Source: a virus (Duplodnaviria > Caudoviricetes). From it: DNA of 64,000 bases. Positions 56,298-64,000 of this stretch are shown piece by piece. Positions within the stretch are counted from its first letter, which is position 1. Every line of letters begins with the position of its first letter. The translations under genes were made by a program, and so were the position numbers. The stretch is taken from positions 1 through 64,000 of the IMG/VR virus record IMGVR_UViG_3300017917_001910. One strand, 5' to 3'. The notes beneath the pieces are model-generated. The model was given only the letters and a program-made list of their open reading frames with translations, had not been told where the DNA came from and did not search any database.

Positions 56298-56924
56298 TTA
56301 TTTCTTACGTAAGAACGTATCTAATAAAACGCCTATTTGAGCTGCATGAGTCTTTAAACTATCATATGCTTCGTCACTTAATTCTTTTTTACGTTTTATT
56401 GATTCTGCTGAAAGAACTCCGATCATTTTGCCGTCAATATTCTTAAGAGCAAACATATATGAAGATTTACAGTTTGTTTCTTCTGCTAAATATCGTAGTC
56501 CGTAAGTAGCTGTTTCTTCATTTTTATAATCAGTGATAGTAATTTTATCATGATCTAAAAGTCTATTAATAGATTTACTAAATAAGTTTATTGGTATATT
56601 TTGAAAGTTATGTCTTATTGATTCTGCTTCAGCAGTTACTGCTTCGTAAATCATTGAAAACTTTTGAATAGATTTACCTGTAGGATAAAAATGTCCTCCA
56701 TTATGGAATTGAGTTATCCATACACGATCTAAACCCGTTTCATCTAAGATTTGATCTAATACTTTACAAATAATTTCTCCGTTTGCTGCCGCATCTTTAA
56801 TAGGGTCTTTAGTTTTTTTATGTTCTTGAAGATAATGCCTTACTATTAATATTAATATAGGCCCTAGAACACCGGTTAAGAACGCCGGTAATGAACTAGA
56901 TATGATATTTAATATACTTTCCAT
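56298..56924 (-). CDS. Membrane-anchored GAF-domain protein (T4 holin T-like)
   Basis: N-terminal TM helix; RVWITQFHNGG.F...KFSMIYE...GKMIGVL. Confidence 0.6.
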   Translation of the reverse strand: MESILNIISSSLPAFLTGVLGPILILIVRHYLQEHKKTKDPIKDAAANGEIICKVLDQILDETGLDRVWITQFHNGGHFYPTGKSIQKFSMIYEAVTAEAESIRHNFQNIPINLFSKSINRLLDHDKITITDYKNEETATYGLRYLAEETNCKSSYMFALKNIDGKMIGVLSAESIKRKKELSDEAYDSLKTHAAQIGVLLDTFLRKK

Positions 56925-56949
56925 TGATTAATAATACAGTTCGTTAGAC

Positions 56950-57616
56950 TTAAGATATTTTAGTTAGTTGTGGAGTATATTTTGAGATCTTAACTCCTTT
57001 TAATTCAGGACGAGCTTTAATATCTTTAGACATTGAAAATGCTCCAGGCCCATTTAATTTAAGTATAAGATCATTTGGATTTCCTTTTGATGGAAGCATA
57101 GTTACTTTTACTTCTGGAAATTTTTTGCTTTTACCCGTTGTTAAGTTATCTAATAAAGCTTTAATGTTTATCATAGCTTCATCTCTATTTCCAGGAACTG
57201 TTAAACGATAAGCTACTGCTGTATCATAATCTACTGATTCAGATATTTTTGGCACTTTACCTTCTTCAGATGCCATTTTTGATATACGATTAAATACATC
57301 ATGATCTTTTTCATCCCATGTATTTTCTGGCTTCTTAGATAAAAAGAAGTCAGGCCCCATTAACTGAGCTATAATTTTATGTTTTGGAGTGGTATTAGTT
57401 TGTTCTGATATTACTTCTTTAATGACTTCTTGAATCATTTTAGTTAGCTCTGATTTTTTCATAGTATTAGTTTTACCTTCATTAGCATTTGCATATAATG
57501 CTTTTAGTTGAGCCTCTGCTTTTTTATGAGACATTGGTTCTTTTGAAAATTCTTTAGATGTTCCTTTTTTGAACACTTTATATCCTTCTCCGGATTTTTT
57601 TATTTCGTATGGCATA
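56950..57616 (-). CDS. Hypothetical protein (probable start MPYEIKKSG)
   Basis: ORF track 56950..57699; internal MKKSELTKMIQEVIKE motif. Confidence 0.6.
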
Positions 57617-57641
57617 TTAATTATTTTTATGTTTATTTTTA

Positions 57642-58013
57642 TTACCAAGCTTTGCAACTCCAGTAGCGTGCTTTCCAACGAGGTCCGGGAGTATCGCACT
57701 TATGACGTGCTCTGAATGATTTTCTTCTCGCAGGAATGTTTTTCTTTATTCTCATATTTGGGTCGCCAAAGTTTACTTTAACAACATTACCTTTATCGTT
57801 CTTAACATATACACTACGCTTTTTAGGGCCGCCTGGAGTTAAGAATGGCTTTCCTAATGATACCTTTCTTCCTTGATATTCAGCTTCTCCAATTATTGGA
57901 TTGGCTTTAAGCTCTTGAAGAAATTTAATGGCACATGAATTGCACATTGTTTGCTCAGATTCCATTTCTTCTAAGCATTCTCTTATTAATGATTCAAGTA
58001 ATAGTTTTTTCAT
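57642..58013 (-). CDS. Conserved basic viral protein
   Basis: KK.SVYVK...KVNFGD...RRKSFRARH.C...ARYWSC..W. Confidence 0.75.
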   Translation of the reverse strand: MKKLLLESLIRECLEEMESEQTMCNSCAIKFLQELKANPIIGEAEYQGRKVSLGKPFLTPGGPKKRSVYVKNDKGNVVKVNFGDPNMRIKKNIPARRKSFRARHKCDTPGPRWKARYWSCKAW

Positions 58014-58165
58014 CTTCCTTGACCTCTATATGGTTTTTTATAATATTTTGATTTTTTATTATTGCTCGTTCTTTTTTTAGAAACAATACCCGAGCGCTTT
58101 TTCTTAGCTTTTTTATGAAACGCTTTAATATTAGTTGAAGATTTTTTATCTGGTTTCTTTGCCAT
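58010..58165 (-). CDS. Very basic 51-aa protein (MAKKPDKK...YKKPYRGQGR)
   Basis: Manual translation; late-type GATATTTAT upstream; ATGA overlap with the next gene. Confidence 0.65.
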   Translation of the reverse strand: MAKKPDKKSSTNIKAFHKKAKKKRSGIVSKKRTSNNKKSKYYKKPYRGQGR

Positions 58166-58193
58166 TGATTTTTATAATAAATATCGTATGTAC

Positions 58194-58229
58194 AAAAAAA
58201 CAGCCCTATATTTTTTAGATATAGAGCTG
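58194..58229 (-). terminator. Intrinsic terminator after the sheath gene
   Basis: CAGCCCTATAT...ATATAGAGCTG hairpin with U-tract. Confidence 0.6.
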
Positions 58230-58258
58230 CTCTTGTTAAGTTAGATTTATGTTATAAA

Positions 58259-61180
58259 TTAAGCAGGAAATTCAGCACCGGTTGGGGTTAGATTAAAGTT
58301 AATTACTATAAACTCCGCAGTTTTTGCCGGTTGTAAGTAAATATCACCTACTAATAAATTTCTGTCAATTACGGCAGGAGTATTATTAGTGTCATCCATT
58401 ACAACTTTAAATGCATATAATCCTTGTCTTTGTTGGATTGATTCTAAGTAAGGATTAACGATGCTTAAGAATCTATTTCTTGTTGCTGCGGTATTTTGTT
58501 CAAATACTAAGTATCTAGAAGTAGATGCGATATATTTCTTAACAGTTATTAATAATCTTCTTACGTTGATTCTATCTAATGCACTAGGCTTTTGTTGTAA
58601 GGTTTTTTGACCCCATGCACAAATTCCTTGACTAGGGAAAGAAGCAATTGGATTTACTTGATTTTCATATAATGTATCACGCTCTGAATGATTTAATTTT
58701 GTTTCAATATTAATAGCATCTGTAATACCACCTCTATTTAAACCTGCAGGTGCATACCACTCTGCTGCTACTGAATCATTATAAGCTAATACTCCTGGCA
58801 TTAATACGCTTGGCGGAACCCAAATAGGCTTATTAATAGAAGTATCTAATACTTGCATCCAAGGATAATATGTCGCAGCATAATTACTATCCATATTAGC
58901 TGTTTGATTTGCTGCTGTTGCAATACTATCTCCTTTAGCTGTATTATCAACGATTACAAATGTATCTTGACGTCCTTCTGCTGTTGATATCATATAATTT
59001 GCTACATATGGATGTAATCTTCTAATAACACCTGGAGCTAATAACATATTAATATCATATTCGTCTTGATTTGAAAGCATATCAAATGCATCTGTATATT
59101 TAATACTTCCGTTTGATGTTGCGGTTGATAAGTCATATCCGAATGAATTTGCGGCAGTAATATCACCACTAGATAATTTAACTCTAGCAGGACTCATACC
59201 ATCTGAACCACCTTGCATTGGAACTGTAAACTGAACGTTATTAGCAGTTGGGCCAGTAACACCAGTGATATCAACTCTTGCTTTTAAATCACCTGTATAT
59301 GTAAATCCTGAATTAATTGGCATTACTAAATTATCAACAACAAAATCTGAATTAATTGCTGATACTTCAATTGATGCTGATGTAGGAATTGCTTTTAAAT
59401 AATTAACATTATCTACTGCTCCAAAATCCCATCCTAAGAATCTATTAGATACATATGATTGATCAGAATCATTTTGAGATACTATATAAGATGCAGGAGG
59501 CATATTAGCATTTGTAAATCCAATAAACGTTTGTTTTAGTTTTCTAAATCCTCTAGGAGATAAAGTTTCGCTTACAGCTTTTGAATCTACTGCAGGATCC
59601 ATTTCTATTCTTACGTATTTAGAAACGTTATTGTAATTACCATACTCGACAACTTTATTTGTTGAAGTAACAAATTCTTTATACTTATCTCCAATTACAC
59701 GAGCAATATATTGAGGACTATCTGGGTCTAAATTAACGCCTCTATATTGTTCTAATATACTAGGTCTGTTATCAGTATCGCTATAGCTTCTAACTAATAA
59801 ATCAAATGTAGAATAACTACCAGAGCTAAATTCTCTTAAGTTAGTAATGCTAATTTTAACATCTGTATTAGTATCATTACCGTCACTTAAATGATGAACT
59901 TTAAATAAGTTTTGTGTTGTTTTAACACTAAAACCATTAAGACCTGATGTAATCCATGGAGTAGAAGCATGATTATAATCAGGGAATGTTACATTATATG
60001 ATGACGTTAAAACTGTTACTGTTGGTATAAATGATGTAGGCGTGCTACTTCCAGAAATTACAGGGTATACTACTTTTGTAGGAGTTATTGTTCCTAGGAA
60101 AGGTAAGCTAGTTGTATTAATGTTATATGTAGTATTAGAATAACTAGACCATACTATATCACCATTTAAATACATAGTAAATGTACCTGAGCCTGAATTA
60201 TAAGTAGTTAATGTTGGAATATAATCATAATATGATTCATTTAATATAGCTGGGTTGGATGTTGTTTCTAATCCAATATTTAAATATTGAGGAGAACCTG
60301 TTATAAAGTTAAACGACTCTATTGGCATTGCTGCTTTTATAGATGCTGTTGTTAACGTAGCTATAAATATTTCAGAATTTAATGCCCAATTTTGAGTAGC
60401 AGTCGGAGTAGATGACCATCCGCTTGATGCTGTTAAAAAACTATTACTAGTAGAGCTAGTTACTGAAAATGCGGTAGTATAGTTATTATTAGCTGTTCCT
60501 AATAAAGTAAAGCTACTTGAACCATTACTTACAGATACGCCATATCCATTTGCTATATTAGTACTAAAATCTTCAAACGTCACATATGAATAAATTCCAT
60601 TATTATAATTTGTATTACTTATTTTAGTAGAATCTGGAGTGCTTCCAATTACTTTACTAATAAAGGTAGTGTTTTGACGATTGATAGATACGGTATAAGT
60701 TTTAGCAGTTAAATTACTTCCTGATGCTACTAATGTGAAGTTATTGGAAATATTACCGCTTATTGCTGTTGATGCTCTTAAGTCAAAATTAGTACTGGTA
60801 TTGTTTTTTGCTGGATGTAATCCCGAAACAATTTGATATGTAATTGTTGACCCCGTTGAAGCAACTGCCACAGCAGCTAATTTATTTGTGTCTGTTGTAA
60901 ATGTCCAACCGCCATTACCTAAAATACGAACTACCATAGCAGAACTAGCATTCTTAAGATAATTTTTGATTGCATAAGGTATGTAAGTTTGAGTTGAATC
61001 TTCGCCTCCGAACATTACTTGATAGTCTTGAAAGCTTGTTACCTGCATTGGTACTAAAGCTGGCCCTTTTAACGTAGGTCCTACGAAGGCTGCTCCTATC
61101 TGAGCTATACCAGCGGGAAGAAACGATAGGTCGTTCTCGTTGGTAAATACGCCTGGGCTAATAATTCTTTCTGTTGCCAT
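58259..61180 (-). CDS. Contractile tail sheath protein (T4 gp18-like)
   Basis: SPGVFT.E.D, GPT.KGP, YYPW, VPPS, WYAPAGLNRG, NPI, WGQKTL, RINVRRL, FEQN, AEFI. Confidence 0.96.
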   Translation of the reverse strand: MATERIISPGVFTNENDLSFLPAGIAQIGAAFVGPTLKGPALVPMQVTSFQDYQVMFGGEDSTQTYIPYAIKNYLKNASSAMVVRILGNGGWTFTTDTNKLAAVAVASTGSTITYQIVSGLHPAKNNTSTNFDLRASTAISGNISNNFTLVASGSNLTAKTYTVSINRQNTTFISKVIGSTPDSTKISNTNYNNGIYSYVTFEDFSTNIANGYGVSVSNGSSSFTLLGTANNNYTTAFSVTSSTSNSFLTASSGWSSTPTATQNWALNSEIFIATLTTASIKAAMPIESFNFITGSPQYLNIGLETTSNPAILNESYYDYIPTLTTYNSGSGTFTMYLNGDIVWSSYSNTTYNINTTSLPFLGTITPTKVVYPVISGSSTPTSFIPTVTVLTSSYNVTFPDYNHASTPWITSGLNGFSVKTTQNLFKVHHLSDGNDTNTDVKISITNLREFSSGSYSTFDLLVRSYSDTDNRPSILEQYRGVNLDPDSPQYIARVIGDKYKEFVTSTNKVVEYGNYNNVSKYVRIEMDPAVDSKAVSETLSPRGFRKLKQTFIGFTNANMPPASYIVSQNDSDQSYVSNRFLGWDFGAVDNVNYLKAIPTSASIEVSAINSDFVVDNLVMPINSGFTYTGDLKARVDITGVTGPTANNVQFTVPMQGGSDGMSPARVKLSSGDITAANSFGYDLSTATSNGSIKYTDAFDMLSNQDEYDINMLLAPGVIRRLHPYVANYMISTAEGRQDTFVIVDNTAKGDSIATAANQTANMDSNYAATYYPWMQVLDTSINKPIWVPPSVLMPGVLAYNDSVAAEWYAPAGLNRGGITDAINIETKLNHSERDTLYENQVNPIASFPSQGICAWGQKTLQQKPSALDRINVRRLLITVKKYIASTSRYLVFEQNTAATRNRFLSIVNPYLESIQQRQGLYAFKVVMDDTNNTPAVIDRNLLVGDIYLQPAKTAEFIVINFNLTPTGAEFPA

Positions 61181-61257
61181 TATTTGTTAAAGTTTATAAA
61201 TTTTGTTGGTTTGTGTAGAGAGAATCTTTCTACAAATATAATTATAGTATCTTAAGA

Positions 61258-61533
61258 TCAAACCTCCGAAATAAATTCACCTGACTCTAAATTTACAGTA
61301 CCTAGACCATATTTTTTAGTAAATGCTTCCTGAACTTTAGATTCTTGCTCTTTTAATTCTAAAAACACGCCTTGTAATTTAGAAAGCTCATCATCCATAC
61401 CAGATAATGCTAATGTTAAATTAATCTTCTCTAAGTGTATTTGACCTAGTTGAGCTGTTAATTCTAAATACTTGTTTTGAATGCTTTTTAATTCATCTAA
61501 CTCTTCTTGTGTTAGTTTTTTTGTTGTTGTCAT
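61258..61533 (-). CDS. Coiled-coil hypothetical protein
   Basis: KLTQEEL...LGQI...KYG.G.VNLESGEF. Confidence 0.7.
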   Translation of the reverse strand: MTTTKKLTQEELDELKSIQNKYLELTAQLGQIHLEKINLTLALSGMDDELSKLQGVFLELKEQESKVQEAFTKKYGLGTVNLESGEFISEV

Positions 61534-61534
61534 T

Positions 61535-61933
61535 TTATTGTTTTTCTATTAAGTTTTGTAATATAAATATATAAGCTTCTTCCGTTTCTATTTTTTCTAG
61601 TACTGAAAATGGAATTGGTTTATATTGAAGTTCTTTTTCTTGAGTAAGTAAAGTACTAAATTCTTGTTGGAATTGCTCAAATTTAGGATTGATGATTTCT
61701 TTTTCAGTATCTATATAATATGGTATAATAATATTACCATCTGCATTAGGAGTGCCGTATGTTTTAATAAGCTCATCTCGTAAAGATTCGATAATAGGTT
61801 TAATTTCTTGAACTTGTTTATTAAGTTCTAATAGCCAAAATTTTGTTGATAATGAAATCTTTTCATTAAGCAGTTTTGTTAACTCTTCTTCTAGTACGAA
61901 GATGTTTGTAAGTTGAATTTTTAATGTTTCCAT
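61535..61933 (-). CDS. Hypothetical protein
   Basis: 132-aa ORF. Confidence 0.65.
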   Translation of the reverse strand: METLKIQLTNIFVLEEELTKLLNEKISLSTKFWLLELNKQVQEIKPIIESLRDELIKTYGTPNADGNIIIPYYIDTEKEIINPKFEQFQQEFSTLLTQEKELQYKPIPFSVLEKIETEEAYIFILQNLIEKQ

Positions 61934-61988
61934 ACGTTATAACTTCTTGTAATATAATAAATTAAAGTAGTAAGTCCTAATTAATTAT

Positions 61989-62813
61989 TTAGTAATTAGA
62001 AGAACCGCTAGTGTTTTGAAGTTTTACAGGTTGCAACGGAATAGTTGTTTCATTAAAACTAACTACTACTTTATTAGCAGGTATTAATTTTTGAATTGTA
62101 GGTCTATTTCTTTCATCTTCATTAATTAAATAAGCTTTAGTAGTAAATTGAAACTTTGCTTTTACGAATCTATCACTTCCAATATCATTACTTAATTCAA
62201 ATGACGGAGATGAAATCATTGTTGGAAATTTTTGAGTATCTCCAAATGCTGTACCATTAAAAAACATAATTTGTTCTACTAACTCATTCATTTGTTCTAA
62301 GAATTCTGTCCAACAAATTATATCGTATGTTATATGGATATATCTCGGAATATCCATTGCATAATATTCTTTAATAGGTTTAGTGTTTGTTAAAACATCA
62401 AAGGGAGTATATTTATTTTTTGAAGAATATGTTCTTTCAAATATCCATTGATTTCCTTCATTCTTTAATACTTCATTCTTCATGTAATCTTGACGCTGTT
62501 CAAATCCAGTTCTGTTAAGAACAATTACAGGTGCCATGATCTTATCATTATTATCTCTTAAATATCCTTGAGTTTGAACTCCGCTCCATTTTTCTGGTGT
62601 AGCAAATAATACAGGTACTTTTTTAGTTCCTTGATTAGTGTTTATTTGAACTTGAATAACGTTCTCTAAATGCCATTTAATTGCAGCATCAACATCATAC
62701 AATCCAATTTTAACTGCACGCAAATTTTCGTTGTTAGCAACTTGATTTACACGTACACCCGGATTAATATTATCTCTGTATTGATTTTGTTTTTTTGTAA
62801 TTTGCTTAGCCAT
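61989..62813 (-). CDS. Putative tail terminator / sheath stabiliser (gp15-like)
   Basis: VPV.FATPEKW, P.I...R, P......Y...WT....QMN.LVEQ; lies between neck and sheath genes. Confidence 0.6.
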   Translation of the reverse strand: MAKQITKKQNQYRDNINPGVRVNQVANNENLRAVKIGLYDVDAAIKWHLENVIQVQINTNQGTKKVPVLFATPEKWSGVQTQGYLRDNNDKIMAPVIVLNRTGFEQRQDYMKNEVLKNEGNQWIFERTYSSKNKYTPFDVLTNTKPIKEYYAMDIPRYIHITYDIICWTEFLEQMNELVEQIMFFNGTAFGDTQKFPTMISSPSFELSNDIGSDRFVKAKFQFTTKAYLINEDERNRPTIQKLIPANKVVVSFNETTIPLQPVKLQNTSGSSNY

Positions 62814-62817
62814 TTAG

Positions 62818-63342
62818 TTAAATATTTAAAGGTAAATCATAATCTTGATTATTGATACCATAGTTTAAATCTAATAATTGAAGTTGCGATTCTCTTACTT
62901 GATGCCCATTACACATAAATGATAAACTTCCACCGAAGTTATTACCTTTTATCCATGTATCAGGATTTTTTCCAGCAAAGTATTGGTTTTCTGTAGTATT
63001 GTCAATCTCGTAATATTTATCGTCCCAATTAATAATGTCGCCAATTTCCGGTACGATATTTAATGTTAACATTGTATCTCTTAAAATATAAAACTCAATA
63101 GCTACCATTGCATCAATACCGGCATCCGTTTGAACGGCATCATTAGGACTTCTGCTAATATAAATAGGTGTTCTTACTGGTTGATAATATACTTTAGAAA
63201 TTCCTTCTCCGTATAAATTAACACGAGATTGATCTAAGACGAATTTATAATATCCGACTTCTGTATCTACTAGTTTATAAACAAGCTCTCTGTTAAATTT
63301 TGTTACTAAAGAATAATCACGAGCTGAACCAAATAATGACAT
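62818..63342 (-). CDS. Putative neck / head-closure protein (gp14-like)
   Basis: NLYGE...K.Y, P.IGDII.W...YYEID. Confidence 0.6.
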   Translation of the reverse strand: MSLFGSARDYSLVTKFNRELVYKLVDTEVGYYKFVLDQSRVNLYGEGISKVYYQPVRTPIYISRSPNDAVQTDAGIDAMVAIEFYILRDTMLTLNIVPEIGDIINWDDKYYEIDNTTENQYFAGKNPDTWIKGNNFGGSLSFMCNGHQVRESQLQLLDLNYGINNQDYDLPLNI

Positions 63343-63343
63343 T

Positions 63344-63706
63344 TTATTTTCTTTCTATTAATTGTATTGTATCTTCTCTTGCAATAAGACCGACTAGACC
63401 ATGTACTTTATACTTGCCAGTATCTCCTAATCCTTTTGTTGCCGTTTCTCTAATATCATTTAAAGAATCTAAAGGCGTTTCTTTATATGATAAAAACTTT
63501 ATTTTTAATTGAGCATAATCATATAACTCATTACTTCGTTTCTCAATAAAATCAGAATGCTTTGGCTGTGCAGTAACAATATATGGTATTGCTCTTATTT
63601 CATCGTATGCATCTGATAATTTAGTTCTTTCCTTTTTTATTTTTACAATTGCCATACATTCGTAAAAATCTAAAGTTTCTTCTTTAAGTATAATTTTGTG
63701 TTTCAT
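63344..63706 (-). CDS. Hypothetical protein (probable start MKHKIILKEE)
   Basis: ORF track 63344..63718. Confidence 0.6.
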   Translation of the reverse strand: MKHKIILKEETLDFYECMAIVKIKKERTKLSDAYDEIRAIPYIVTAQPKHSDFIEKRSNELYDYAQLKIKFLSYKETPLDSLNDIRETATKGLGDTGKYKVHGLVGLIAREDTIQLIERK

Positions 63707-63707
63707 T

Positions 63708-64000
63708 TTACCCCACATAAATTTTTAATGGTATCTTATTTAATGTTGTTTGCACAGCATCATTCTCTGCTTGTTGCTTTTCAAGTTGAGCTTGACGCGA
63801 TACTTTATCTAATGCTCCACGTAAATCAGTAACTAATGTAGTTTGGTTTTCACGTCCTTGAGTTACTAAATCAGCTCCGTTCATACGAATCTCTGCATTT
63901 GGAATAGGAATTGAATCGTACTTATTACGAACATTACCTAATGTTTCCGTTGCTAATGCTAACGTATATTTTAAAATCCATTGCTTTCCTACATCATTAA
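63708..64000 (-). CDS. Neck / head-tail adaptor protein (gp13-like), 3' part only
   Basis: Manual translation: KQWILKYTLALATETLGNVRNKYDSIPIPNAEIRMNGADL...KIPLKIYVG-stop. Confidence 0.7.
   Translation of the reverse strand, partial: NDVGKQWILKYTLALATETLGNVRNKYDSIPIPNAEIRMNGADLVTQGRENQTTLVTDLRGALDKVSRQAQLEKQQAENDAVQTTLNKIPLKIYVG

Overview
AT-rich segment of a large tailed (myovirus-type, T4-like/jumbo) phage genome. Essentially all real genes are on the minus strand and use the standard code. The host is probably Bacteroidota, judged from TTTG-N19-20-TAnnTT(T/A)A promoters and a Bacteroidota-like GroEL. In transcription order (right to left) the window holds: a neck/tail module (gp13-, gp14- and gp15-like proteins, sheath, tube, chaperones, tape measure, baseplate); a replication/recombination module (PolA-like protein, SSB, RecA, GroEL, 5'-3' exonuclease, DnaB, class II RNR, dUTPase); a dispersed 7-deazaguanine DNA-modification pathway (queD, queE, folE, DpdA-like transglycosylase) mixed with two GT-B glycosyltransferases and two sugar oxidoreductases; PolB, clamp and clamp loader; and accessory genes. 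The most striking unannotated structure is an integron-like cassette system. An IntI-related tyrosine recombinase (14264-15061) is followed by an attI-like site and three cassettes (15114-16511). A second array of at least seven cassettes lies at <1-1980. Both arrays are built from alternating GTTA..TAAC and TAAC..GTTA hairpin segments with a position-conserved mismatch. Their small ORFs run antisense and cross the sites in a fixed reading frame. Other highlights: a DnaB gene fractured by an atypically split intein around a free-standing Vsr-like endonuclease, two endonuclease insertions that duplicate and recode the ends of folE and queE, and a candidate +1/-2 frameshift in the tail chaperone. 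All protein calls come from motif recognition by eye; no database searches were run.
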